Source: Stegostoma tigrinum (Eukaryota). From it: a stretch of 64,000 nucleotides of DNA. The translations under genes and the position numbers were made by a program. Below are positions 22,901 through 35,205 of this stretch, in pieces. Within the stretch, counting starts at the first letter, position 1. Every line of letters begins with the position of its first letter. A model generated the notes under the pieces. That model was not told where the DNA came from, searched no databases, and saw nothing but the letters and a program-made list of their open reading frames with translations. The stretch lies in the NCBI RefSeq assembly GCF_030684315.1, contig NC_081374.1, forward strand, positions 34,508,630 to 34,572,629. Reading direction: 5' to 3'.

Positions 22901-23629
22901 GGTTCTGTATGTACTCTGGAGCTACTCGAACGGCTAAATAATAGACTTATTTTAAAAAAAGCTGGAATTTGCAACATAGGACTGTTTTCTAAAACCAGTG
23001 GTGAAGGCAAGCCATACATTTCTGCTTTCCCCTCTGTGAATCATTTCCCTGAAAATAGAACAGTATCACATTTTGTATGCTGTCAATATAGAATTAGGCA
23101 GAATGAAGAGACCATGTTGAGCACAGAGACTTGTGCCAGTTCTTTGGAAAGGTTTTGCAGCTAATCTCTATCCTGCTTTGTAACAGTCCAAGAACCCCTG
23201 CACATTTTGCCACTGCAAATTATTATTGAATCTGTTTCCCAATCTTTTTGACAGTACATGCTAATTTATAAAAACTTGCTGTGCAATTTATTTTTCTACA
23301 TGCTGGCTTTGGTTCTTCTGCTAATTTTTTTTTGACCTGTGTCCCTGTGGTTACTTTTTTTTCTGCCACTGGAAATCATTTCTGCTTGTGCACTTAATTG
23401 AAACTATACATGATATTGAACATGTCTATCAATTTAACTGTTAATCATATCTTCTATGATATAGATGAAGTCCCTCATCCCTGGTACCATTCCTGTAAAC
23501 CTCTGTACCTTCTCTAAGGATTTGACATTCTATCTGTAGTTTGTTGCATGTGATTGACTACAATACTCTCGTTGGGACCTTACCAGTGTTTTAAATAGAT
23601 TTGGCAAAATATGTTTCTGTTAGAACTCT

Positions 23630-23858
23630 AGATAACAAAGTGTGAAGCTGGATGAACACAGCAGGCCAAGCAGCATCTTAGGAGTACAAAAACTGACATT
23701 TCGGGCCTAGACCCTTCATCAGAGAGCTCTCTGATGAACGGTCTAGGCCCAAAACGTCAGCTTTTGTGCACCTAAGATGCTGCTTGGCCGGCTGTGTTCA
23801 TCCAGCTTCACACTTTGTTATCTTGGATTCTCCAGCAGCTGCAGTTCACATTATCCCG
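23630..23858 (+). mobile_element. Fold-back (palindromic) PLE mini-element, 97-bp arms + 35-bp tail, 11-bp TSD
   Basis: 23630-23726 and 23727-23823 are inverted with no spacer (centre gagctc). GTTAGAACTCT occurs at 23619-23629 and 23859-23869. A hammerhead motif is present on each strand, both with point changes. Confidence 0.92.
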
Positions 23859-26189
23859 GTTAGAACTCTTAGGCTTTATTTATTTATAAGCAAAAGATCA
23901 CTCGTAAATGCTTTTTTAGTCAAAAGAAAGACCACTTGTAGCTACAACTTTACTGTCATTTTTGTTCAATTCCCAATTTTATTAGGGTGCACATTGTATG
24001 TAATACTTGATGTTAATACTGAGACCTGATTCTGGAATTTGTAGGGATAGGAATTTGTAGGAGTAAGCCATTCAGTCCTTCAAGTCTATTTTTGTCATTG
24101 AGTTAAATCATAGTTGATCTGAGCCGATCTTCATATTCTTTGATACCCTTAACTGAAAGAAAACTTGATCTCAGCTTTGAAATTGTGAATGAATGAACCC
24201 CCTGCAGGTACTAGTCTTTGTGTGAAGGAATGCCTTAAAATCAAATATTGTGACACGGTTGTCTCATGTGCAAAATCCAAATGACTGGATGCTGTGTGTA
24301 GTCTATTGTTAATAAAACACTTTGGTTAATGTGTTGGATTGTCTTGAAATTTGATCTGCTCTGTAATCAGACCTGTTAATGACAAGAGTCTCAAGATGTT
24401 GGATTTCCACTGTCATAACATAGTGAGTGGTGTTCTGTAAGTCTGGTGGTTGACGTGGTGCTGTTTATTTGCTCATACATACGAGACATCCTCTGGTGGG
24501 CAAATTTAAAGCATAACTTATCATTCAGATGAGTTTGGTCATATAGTTGTTCTGAACCCTCTGCTTCTCTCTCCTATTTATGACGCTTCATAAAATCCAG
24601 CTGTGTAACCTGTTCTGAAATCTTCTTTGGCTGAATGTCAACATGTTTTAGTTCTGCTTACGTTCTATGAAAATCCTTAGGAAGATTCTTCGAGTCGCTT
24701 AAAAGAGTTAGATCAATAAAAGTACTGCTGCTTGTAAGGTTAAGAATTAGTGACAGCAATGCACAGCTTCACCTGACACAATAACACAACCACAATTCAA
24801 GCATGAAGTTTTTTACACCCTCAGTGTTTCCACCTGGATTCAAAGATAATCTGCATTTCTTTCACATGATACTTGATAGGAGCAGTGGTCATATCGTAAA
24901 AAGCTACCCTCAGCCTAAGTAGAGGTAATGGAATTAATTAGAGTTTATGCTGCAGTATAAACACATGGTGCCGGTGCAATTTTATCCTAAAGTGGCATCA
25001 CATACGCTGGCTAAAACATTGAAGGGATTCACTGCTGTTCAGTCCTCAAGCTCCATTATTATTTGCTCCCAGAGTTAAAGAATTTCAAAATTGCTGCCAC
25101 AACTCACACATGTAAGAGCAATATAAAAGAAACTCGGTGATCTTTATAGATCCACCTATCAAACCCTCCACTAGAATTCCTCTTGCCTACTTTCTGTAGA
25201 GAGATTAGGGGTGGGCAACAAATGCTGCCCTTGGCACTGGCGCCCCCATTGGCGAAGAAGACCTCCCCAGAAATGACGAGGCCTCCAAATCTCATTGTTA
25301 AAATCCCTTCACTTGCACTTGACTCTTCATTGCAACCAGGCATTCCGACAGCAGGAAATATTGTCCTCTTATTACTTGTTTACCTGCACTTTTCGAGCAT
25401 TTGAGAAGAAAAGATTCTCACTAAAATTTGGACTGCATTCATTTTGTATACTTTGCCATAAAAATCCATCATAAGTCACTTTTAAAAATTGACAAGCCTT
25501 CCCTCCACAAGCTATTCAATCCACTCAGCTTGATTTCTATGTCAATACTAGATTAATGAGTTGGAACATAAAATCCAAGGATGATACCCATTTTCGATTA
25601 GGTTTTTCAGAGTTAGGTTTGTGTTTGGTCTAATGAGACTGAGAGGAATAAGTGTATATGGTTGGAGATTGGCTTAATGAAGCCTGCTTTTGCCTCATTT
25701 AAGGTATGGCTTTCAGGTTGTGCTTAAAGAGAAAACTCCTGAATAATTTAAAGTTCAACCCTTTGTTGTGGCAAACCTTATTAGAAATGCAGTGGTACTC
25801 ATTGTTTCTTGTGGATTTCAAAGCTACATGGCAATGCAGTGCAGGGATCAATAAGCCTTATGCAAACAACAGTTAAGAGACATACATGCACAGCAGATAG
25901 TCTTAAAAAGGCCAAACTATGCAACAAGATCAGCAAGCAGAAAATCGAGGGTATTAATAAGTTGTTAACTGTGTGATTGCTCACACATTTGCAAACCCCA
26001 TAAAATACTTTGAAGAGGCTTACCTCGTTTTTTTTTTAACCTTATCACTATAATCACCTTGCCCTATCCGTCCACCCCCCCCCCCCCATCCTGTTGCCAT
26101 TCCCTCATCCCCTAGCAGCTCTGTTTGGATTTTTTTTGTGGAATGATAAACAGCAGTAACAATTAGTTTGGTCCCAACCAATAAAAATC

Positions 26190-26525
26190 AGAGATGCTGA
26201 GGCCATATGAACTGGAAGAATGCCACAGAGGTTTGTGGGATTGGAGGAGGTTGCAGACACAGGGAACAGCAAGGCCATAGGAACATTCAAAAACAACAGT
26301 GGGAATTTTAAAATTGAGGCATAACTTAATTACCAGTTAATGTAGGGCAGCAAACAGGGGACAATGATTCAACCGAACTTGGAGTGACTTCAGGTATTGG
26401 CTGTAAAATTTTATAAAACATCATGTATGTGATTGGCAGAACTGGGGACTTATCCATGAGTGCACTGAAGTAGTCAAATCTAGAGGTTTCAAACTTATGA
26501 ATGATAGTTTATGCAGCAGTTAAGC
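26190..26525 (-). mobile_element. Degenerate L2-like LINE fragment
   Basis: aggccataggaacattcaaaaacaacagtgggaattttaaaattgagg...tagtcaaatctagaggtttcaaac resembles the antisense strand of L2 ORF2. Confidence 0.45.
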
Positions 26526-26529
26526 TCTA

Positions 26530-26762
26530 TATCACCTCAAGGAAGAACCTCTCTGTAGCGATTGGAAGGAGGGTCAAGGAAGGTCACCCTTGATTGATGC
26601 TGTTAAACTGGGCCATTCAGGGAGCCCTTGCTGCCAGATGTGAACGGGCGATGCAGAAAATCTCCTCATTTGGAGCGAGCTGGCTGGTCAGAGCCATGTA
26701 CTGTGCACATGCAAATAAAAGTGACTTGGCCATGGGATATTGGCCTCTCTGCAATTATTTCC
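26530..26762 (+). mobile_element. LTR-like repeat (diverged copy of 60728-60971)
   Basis: cagggagccct..gctg.cagat.t.aac...gtcagag.ccatgt.ctgt.cacatg.aaataaa.gtgacttgg...ttattt is shared between the two loci. Confidence 0.55.
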
Positions 26763-26850
26763 CCCTCTTACTCATTACAGAGCCCAGATATTATATATCA
26801 ATGGGCTATCTGATTAAAGGGAGCATCACAGGAACGTATCACAACCTGAG

Positions 26851-27168
26851 TGGCATGGTAGCTCAATGGTTAGCAAAGCTGCCTCACAGCAGCAGGGACC
26901 CAGATTCAATTCCAACCTTGGGTGACTGTCTGTGTGAAGTTCACACATTCTCCCTGTGTCTGCGTGCGTTCCTTCCCCTTTCCTCCCAAAGTTCAAAGAT
27001 GTGCGGACTAGGTGGATTGGCCGTGCTAAATTGCCTGTAGTGTTTGGGGATGGGTAGATTGGGTAGGCCATAGGGGGATGGGTCTGAGTGGGATGTTCTG
27101 AGGTTCGGTGTGGACTTGTTGGGCCGAAGGGCCTGTTTCCACACTGTAGGGATTTTGTGATTCTATGA
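26851..27168 (+). mobile_element. Full-length HE1/V-SINE-like tRNA-derived SINE
   Basis: A box tggtagctcaatggttagc, B box gattcaattcc, V-domain cacattctccctgtgtctgcgtg, and CR1-type tail gggccgaagggcctgtttccacactgtagggatt. Confidence 0.88.
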
Positions 27169-27849
27169 GCCAATTTTCATTTGATATTTGCACATGTACG
27201 TTCCAAAAACTTTCACTAAATATCAATCAGGAGTTTGAAAAATGGATAATTTATCTCACCTAAATCCAAGAGTCATTTCTGGAGATCCATTAGGAAATGT
27301 GGCAGCTGCTGTCATCAGTTGAATGTAGTGCAGTGGATGTTACCAGTCGTGTTGACTTTGATTGTTGAACATTTGTAGCTTGTTTGAAACTCTTTCTGTC
27401 CCAATTGCTCTTGCCAGTGGCTGACTGACAGCACATTCCTTTGCAACACAGGGATGTTTAGATGGCACCTCATGAAGCTGTGACCCTCACAACACGCTAG
27501 TCCATATCAAGACATCAATCCACTAATATTCAGACCACAGTTAAAGCTCACTTTTAATCTCTTTGCCTGTGTATTCTTGAAAGGGTGAAATACAAATGTA
27601 CATCTTGTCCATGCTGCTGTCTTTCTAGCCATAATGTTCACAGCCAGAGATGATCACAGGAGATTAAAGTACTGTTTATAGTGCATTTTGATCTGTTTGA
27701 AGCATTTTTAGTTCCTCACCAGATGTGAGCAGCAGTCACTGAGTTCACATTTTAAATCAACTTTTGTCATATAAAAAAATTGTAATTAAAATTTGTTAAG
27801 TATTTAGGAGATCTGGGGATTTGATTTTTGCTCTCGTCATTTTTTTAAT

Positions 27850-28090
27850 GTAAGGAGCTCTCCAGCCAAATAGTGCAGAGCAACTTTCCAGAACTGCAAA
27901 ATAATGGACAAATAATTTGCTTTCAATGGTTCGGTTAAGTGACAAATTTTGGTCAGGACTGTGGGAGAAATTCCCTTTTCTTTGATGTAAAGTGCTAGAA
28001 GATTGATTCTATCTGATTTCAGAAAACAGATAGGGCCTCAGTTTGACACGTGATTTGGAAGTTGGGACGTAGTGCAGCATTGTCATATCA
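27850..28090 (-). mobile_element. Degenerate DeuSINE remnant
   Basis: Similar to 12900-13190 (aaattttggtcaggac...gggagaaattccct...gggcctcagtttgac). Confidence 0.45.
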
Positions 28091-28262
28091 ACCTAGGTTG
28101 TACGCTGACTGAGATGCGAGTACCTTTAGGAAGCTCATACCTCACATAAATCATATAGATGTTTTTTAACAATACAAGCTTATGTCACGAAATGTGAGAT
28201 TCAATTTTTCTATGCCATGTGTTGTGTGATATAAATGTGAAAACAATATATAAATAACATAG

Positions 28263-28478
28263 CATCAGTGATAATGTGAGCTGCAGATGCTGGAGAATCC
28301 AAGATAACAAAGTGTGAAGCTGGATGAACACAGCAGGCCAAGCAGCATCTCAGGAGCACAAAAACTGACGTTTCGGGCCTAGAGCTCTCTGATGAAGGGT
28401 CTAGGCCCGAAACGTCAGCTTTTGTGCTCCTGAGATGCTGCTTGGCCTGCTGTGTTCATCCAGCTTCACACTTTGTTG
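28263..28478 (-). mobile_element. Fold-back PLE mini-element with perfect 14-bp TSD
   Basis: TATAAATAACATAG at 28249-28262 and 28479-28492. The tail is on the left. The left arm lacks ~14 nt next to the agctct centre. Confidence 0.92.
28387..28418 (+). ncRNA. Minimal type-I hammerhead ribozyme motif (intact core)
   Basis: ctCTGATGAagggtctaggcccGAAACGTCag. Confidence 0.8.
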
Positions 28479-29681
28479 TATAAATAACATAGTTTTATTG
28501 CCTTTAGATCATTTTAAGTCAATTTAAGAATACTTCTCAAAGAGCATTGTTCAAATCTCAGATTCAGCTGGTGCGTTGTTTACTCTGAGTGTAATGTAAC
28601 AGAAATAACTGAGTGCTAAATCATCAGAGAACTCAGAAGCTTTGAAGGTCTGTTCAGTCCTTCTAATCAAAACTAACAGGCAATAAATGTTGATCAAAGA
28701 GATTACAGTTAGGTACAGAGACATGAAGCATGACTGCTTCCTTCCATGTTTAATGAATGTGCACGTAGTCTGGGTTTGACTATAGAAGCACACTACAACT
28801 GTCGAGAGGTAACATTGCTCATGAGGGCTCAGCTGCTGAACAATGGGTATTTGGTTTGCTTGATATGACATATGTATAGCTTCCGGTCATATCTAGTAAA
28901 TGTTCCAATTCTGCATTTAGATAGAAGCACTTTACACTACAATATTCAAACTAACAAATATGATATTTTTATTATATTTTCTGTGATATAACTAATTGGT
29001 TGACTTAATTTGACTTTAACTGCTTTATAATGTGCTTGTCGGTAACTTATGAATTTTTTTTGTTGTAATCAATTAAAAAGTGGTATTTGGTTTGCTACTG
29101 ACTTGACTAAGTCATGAATATCCCTGACCTGAACCTAAGTTAGTAATGATTCCTTTGTTAGGCCGGCAACTGGAATACTACAATTGACCCTAGTATTTGT
29201 AGATTAAATAAAGTGCATGAGAGGAAGCAGACAAGGATGTGACAGCCAAGCTGGTACTAATGTTGCATATTTGTGGCAACAGTGTGATGGAAGACAGATT
29301 GAATAGACAAAAGAGGCATGGACCTATTGATGTGCACTCTGCTGCCTGTCTGTAATGACCTGTGGTGGATGGAGGTTATCTACCTCAAGAGCCAGAGAAT
29401 GGTAAGAAAAAGATTTTTTTGCACTATGCACAGGTTACACAAGAATTTCTAAATACTTCCCTGGACAGTGCCTGTGACTTATGACTGTGGGACATCATTA
29501 CAGTGGGTGGAGTGTGTCACACCCTTGCAGATATAAACCTTTTCAATCCCATGCACAACAGCTATTATATCCCTGATGAACTGAACTTTAATGTCACCTA
29601 CAATAAGTGACATATTTGGAACCTGTGCATAAATAGACTTTCAAGAAGCTTAGAATGACTTAAATTGAGAACGTTCTGATA

Positions 29682-29905
29682 CAGGTAGTTCAGGTAATGT
29701 GAGAGTTATATTTTTGTATGACCTCACACTGTAGAAATTCACGCAATAGAAAACCGCTATAGAAAATCATGTTGTAGGGAAATCTGAAGAGAAAATCGCA
29801 ATACCTCTACAGCAAAAAGTTGGCATTATCCAAACAGCGTTCACTGTTCATCAATCACGACAAGCCAGTTTGCATTAGAGACACGTGTTATCGCAGAACT
29901 ATCTG
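29682..29905. mobile_element. MITE, Tc1/mariner-pogo (Tigger-like)
   Basis: TA|CAGGTAGTTC ... GAACTATCTG|TA terminal inverted repeats (1 mismatch in 10) with TA duplication; no ORF. Confidence 0.7.
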
Positions 29906-30771
29906 TAATATCTTCGAAATATTGGGAACAAATGATTTGGGTAGACTGGTGTAGAACAATATTGCATTTAATTCTTTTTCCCCCCCGTCTGCATGAGTGA
30001 TTTGTTTAAATACTCAACTCTATTTTTTTGAACCTGGCTGTGCATGCAATCCCTCTATAATTTAAAGGAAACATTCCAAGGCCTGTCTTTCATGGAGACA
30101 TTCTGGCTGCTGCTTAGAGGGAACATTGGTATGGAGCAAATTTCTTCTTTGAATTTCTGCAGTCTTCTCTGTTGACTTTACTCTGTTAACTTGACTTTAC
30201 ACATTCAGTATCTCAGGATTCCTAATATCCAGACACTAATTTCTGTAAGAGATCCCAGATTCCCAGTGGATGGAAATGTAAAACAAAACCACAGCAATGA
30301 CCTGGCAGCCAGACCCTTCCTTTCCTGCAAGGTGCTCTACAAGTATCATGTATTTAGTTGGAAGAACCATTGAAACATTGAAAATTAAACAATGCTACAT
30401 TATCATGCGTAATCAGTTCATAATGCCATATTGAATACTTGGGGTGTAGTGATCGCTGTAGTACTGCATCAGGTTTGTAATATCAGATCCATTAGCTCTC
30501 AGTTGACAAGTGGAGATGAATTTTACTGTCCTAAACTGTGCTCTACACTGGTGAGAGTTATGCAATGTGCTGGATTGCCATTCAGCAGCTCTTTCATTAC
30601 CTGTTGTTGGTTATGCATTGTACCTTGACAAAAAGTTAGTCAGCCAACAGGATACATCAAATTATAGCCATTTTCATATTTGAACATAATGCAGTGAATG
30701 TGAAGGATCACTGTATTGTGTGTGAGAAGATAATCTTTAGCTGGATTCTGAATCGTCCAATGGACTCAAAT

Positions 30772-30845
30772 TGTGAACTCTTGTTCTCTCCACAGATGCT
30801 GCCAGACCTGCTGAGATTCTCCAGCATTTTCTGTTTTTGTTTGAA
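30772..30845 (+). mobile_element. Family-B PLE terminal fragment
   Basis: aactcttgttctctccacagatgctgccagacctgctgagattctccagcattttctgtttttg. Confidence 0.65.
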
Positions 30846-31125
30846 GCTGATCTCTTGTAGCAGTGTGATCTACTCTCCAACAGTCAAGTAGCTGAGAAAC
30901 AAGACATCGTGCTTTAGTGCCCACCTTTGCATTCGGTGGCCTTGTATAAGCATCAAGGAATGGAGGCAGCATGTTATCGTGCAGGTGGGTACAACAGATT
31001 ACATTCGTGTTGGCATGGCATATGAACAGTATGTTACGAACCATGACATTCTTGAAAGAATTGTCAGAGTTATAGATCTGGTTTTCAGTGGTCCCTTCTG
31101 GAGAGCACGTGTGACTCATGAGAAC

Positions 31126-31536
31126 CGCCTCCCTAGCCTGTTCTTCCTCTCACCTATCGCCTCCTCCCACCTCAAGCCACACCCCCATTTCCTTCCTACT
31201 AATCTCATCCCGCCCTCTTGACCTGTCCATCCTCCCCGGACTGACCTATCCCCTCCCTACCTCCCCACCTACACTCACCTCTGCTGGCTCCATCCCCGCC
31301 TCTTTAGCTTGTCTGTCTCCTCTTCACCTATCCTCTCCACTATCCATCTTCGATCCGCCTCCCCCTCTTTCCATATTTATTTCAGAATTCTCTCCTCATC
31401 CCACTTTTCTGATGAAGGGTCTAGGGCCAAAACGTCAGCTTTTGTGCTCTTAAGATGCTGCTTGGCCTGCCGTGTTCATCCAGCTCTACACTTCGTTATC
31501 TCGGATTCTCCAGATCTGCAGTTCCCATTATCTCTA
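31126..31536 (+). mobile_element. 5'-truncated PLE pseudo-LTR (family A) with decayed hammerhead
   Basis: Homologous to 20720-21083; CTGATGAagggtctagggccAAAAcgtc; ends in cagttcccattatctct. Confidence 0.85.
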
Positions 31537-32527
31537 GGATAAAACTTGTACATGGCTGATTTACTGGGAAACAATTTGTTGACATTAATTTCCAGGTGTA
31601 TGCTTGTACAGTTAAATCCCAAAATGAGTTAATATATTGTTGAAAGGCAAACGAAAAGAACAGATAATAAATTAACAACCACCAAAGGGTTGAATATAAT
31701 TAACATATAACTCTCTCAAGTTAAAATGCATATAATTTCATTCAGTTTAACATTGAATAGAAAATTCACAGAATAGCACTTCATCTTCAAAATACAAGGT
31801 TAAAATATTTATTGATTTCAGTTGGAGTGTGATTGTAAAAGGTACTTGACCCAAACAAATCTGCCAGAGACCAAATTAATTTAATAAATGTGTGCTTTGA
31901 TAGATTTCATGGCAAAATGAAAATAATACAAATGGCACTAAAAGCACAAAATATGACTCCATTAAAATGCTTGGGGAAAAGAACAGCTGCTATTAGGATC
32001 AGGCAAAAGTGCGCCAATTATAATTCCTGAGAAGGAATAATGAGGTTATCATGTGATGAAATAAGGCAGAGCAGGAGCCATATTTAGAATGCATACTACT
32101 TTATTTACATTTGGAAAAAAAGAAACATTCTAAATTGCAACAGGCAAAATGTGGAGAACCAAGGTAAGAAGTTCAATTCATCTCCAAATGAATAAATTCA
32201 CAATATATTAAAATACTAAAGTCAATTTTGTCAATCACAAATGAACCATGAGTAAATGTAATTTTTGTAAGATGGCTCTGTGTCAATGTGACTCAGCATT
32301 AAATATGTGAAGACAACTAATCAAATTCAAACACCTTCTATCGAGCTAACTAGTTCGAATTATGCAATGCACTGCTCCCTGGTTCAAAAGGTAAGAGAGA
32401 GAGCAGAGTATCATCTTTTCTTTATGTTGATTGATGACATTTCCAAAGCTTGTCGAGTTAGGTATAGCTGCTCTTACACTGAAAGCAGAGAAATGAGGTC
32501 CTGAGGCCAAGTAGGTTATCTTTCATA

Positions 32528-32662
32528 AAGACCAAAAGAACTGCGGATGCTGTAAATCAGGAACAGAAACAAAGTTGCTGGTAAAGCTCAGCAGGTCTGG
32601 CAGCATCTGTGAAGGAGAAAACAGAGTTAATGTTTTGGGTCTGGTGACCCTTCCTCGGAACT
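32528..32662 (-). mobile_element. 135-bp family-B PLE monomer with perfect 14-bp TSD
   Basis: GGTTATCTTTCATA at 32514-32527 and 32663-32676. The minus strand begins agttCCGAGGAagggtcaccagacccAAAAcattaact. Confidence 0.88.
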
Positions 32663-33169
32663 GGTTATCTTTCATATATCTATTCTACGTATACCTGAGA
32701 AGGCAAACCATTTTTTTTTGTGGTACCATTCTGGGACAGCGTGTAAAAGTCCACAAGAGCTGGGCACACTCCACAAGACCAAACCTGTGACTTTTTAACT
32801 GTATGCAGTGCATCTCTGCCAATGACAACAACCCCATCCATAAAAGTGGAGAAGGTAGAATTAAAAATAAATATTTGTATTAAATACTGGTTTATGATTT
32901 ATTACTCATTACTAGATTTTGTTTAACTGGGCCTCCATTTTGCATATTAATTCTTAACCACAGCTGCCTTTGATGCCGAAGTTCACTGTAAGGTAAGGAT
33001 GGCAATTCCAAGTATGCAGTGTAATTGAGATCAGGAAGTGATGTTTGCGAAGGACTGACTAGTGCGCATACAATGGCCTCTAAATGTTTTGGTCTCACAT
33101 TATCACCCTATCAATGTGGCATCTGGCATGATTATTCACTGTTGACAATTCCGTGAGATGTAAGTTTTT

Positions 33170-33540
33170 TATATTTACTTGCTTGTGGGACGTGGACACC
33201 ATGCGCTGGCCAGCATTTATTACCTGTCCCCAGTTGCCTGTGAGAGAATGATGGTGAGCTCCCTTCTGAACTGCTGCAGTCTACGTGCTCTAGATTGATC
33301 CCCAAAGCCCTTATGGAGGGAATTTCAGGACTTTCGTTTTCCAGGTCAGGCAGTAAGTAGCTTGTATGGATCTTGCAGGTGTTGGTGCTCCCATGTAAAT
33401 ACTGTGCTTGTCTTTTTAGATGGATACTATTATGCATCTAGAAGGTGCTATCTAAGGATCTTTGGGGTGAATTTTTTTAGTGCACTGCATCTGCTCTGAG
33501 CATTAGTGGTGCAGTGAGTAAATGTTTGTGGCTGTGGTGC
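33170..33540 (-). mobile_element. 3' fragment of the CR1/L2-group LINE family seen at 3730 and 40100
   Basis: gctggccagcatttattacc...gagaatgatggtgagc...gaactgctgcagtc similarity. Confidence 0.55.
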
Positions 33541-34204
33541 ATTATTTCAAAGAAAGAAAGCATTGGATGAATGGATCTTTAGAGAACTAGGCCATCCTTT
33601 GCAACCATGGTCAGTAAGTCAATTAAAATTCCATAAGAAACGATACCCTGGATCCCTTATGATCTGCCTGTTGCTTTTTGATTGCTATTTCCACCTTTCA
33701 GAAACATATCCCATGAAGCTTTGTGCAAGGTAACACAATGTGCAAAGGAGAAATGCCATAATGCTTCAAATGTGTAAGAGACCATTTCCAACAAAAGTTT
33801 ACGCAATTGTCATTGTTTGTCTAAAGAAATGTGTCGAAAACTGAAAAACAGACTAATATTTCACCTTTGCTCTTAACATCAGTATGCTTAGTCTTCATTT
33901 GCACTGATAAAATCAGAGTTGGGTGACTGCATTGATTTAGTTGGCAGTCTCTTCCTGGTGGTGGCTTTTATTAAGAGGGTCCTTCACCTCCAATAACCCA
34001 TTTGACATTTAGTGCATCTTTTGTAATATGATTTGCAGAGCCAAAAAGAACAGTGCTGCCTACATCTCTTCAATGTCATCATGGAAACAATTAGTTTATT
34101 TTCCTGTCACTACCTCAAGCTCCTTTTTTAATCTGAGTTTACGAACCTTTGCAGATTTTCTACTTGCTGAGCATGTTTTCTCTTGACCAAACTATGGCCA
34201 ATAT

Positions 34205-35205
34205 TTAGAGTCACTGAGGTGGGCAGCACGGAAATAGATCCTTTGGTCTATCTCGACAATGCCAACCAGATGTCCTATATAAATCTAGTGCCATTTGCCT
34301 GCATTTGGCCCATCTCCCTCTATACCCTTCCAATTCGTATACCCATCCAGATGCATTTTAAATGTTGTTATTGTACCAGTCTCCTCTACCTCTGGCAGCT
34401 CATTCCATAACACACCACTCTCTGCATGAAACAGTTGCCCCTTAGGTCCCTTTTATATCTTGACCTTCACCTTAAACCTATGCTCTCTAGTTTTGGACTC
34501 CCCTAGCCTGGGAAAAGACCTTGCCTATTCACCCAATCAATGCCTGTCATGATTTTATAAACCTCTATAAGGTCACCTCTTAGCTTCTGATGCTTCAGGA
34601 AAAATAACCCTAGCTTCTCCTTAAATCTCAAACCCTCCAACTCTGGCAACACCTTTGTAAATTTTTTCTGAACCCTTTCTAGTTTCACTATGTCCTTCCT
34701 ATAGTCCTGTACAGCCACAACATGACCTTCCAACTCTGATACTCGACACACTGACCAATAAAGGCAAGTGTACCAAACACCTGCTTCACTATCCTGTCTA
34801 CCTGTGACACCACTTTCAAGGAACTATGAATCTGCACTCCAAGGTTACTTTGTTCAATGACACTCCCTAGAATCTTACCATTAAGTATATAACTCCTGCC
34901 TTTCCAAAATGTAGCACCTCACATTTATCTAAATTAAACTCCATCTGCCACCCATTGGCCCATCTGATCAAGATCCTGTTGTACTCTGACGTAAGCTTTT
35001 TTGCAGTCCAGTACACCTCAATTTTAGTGCCATCTGCAAACTTACTAACCATATCTCCTTTGTTCACATCCGAATCATTTATATAAAATGACAAAAAGCA
35101 GTGCACCCAGAACCGAACCTTGTAGCACACCATTGGTCATAGGCCTCCAATCTGAAAAGCCATCCCCCACCACCCTCTGTCTTCTACCTTTGGGCCAGTT
35201 CTGTA
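34205..35205 (-). mobile_element. CR1 LINE 3' fragment (RT C-terminus, frameshifted)
   Basis: Minus-strand peptides SKFADGTKI, WQMEFNLDKCEVLHFG, LERVQKKFTKVLPEL and LRGDLIEVYKIM. Confidence 0.9.

Noticed and set aside
23630-23823. Palindromes as pre-miRNA genes or classical MITEs
   Set aside because: The arms are PLE terminal sequence. The 11-14-bp variable TSDs and one-sided tail do not fit DNA-transposon MITEs, and there is no expression evidence for miRNA.
26851-26920. tRNA gene
   Set aside because: The A/B boxes belong to a SINE head that continues into a V-domain and LINE tail; no complete cloverleaf.
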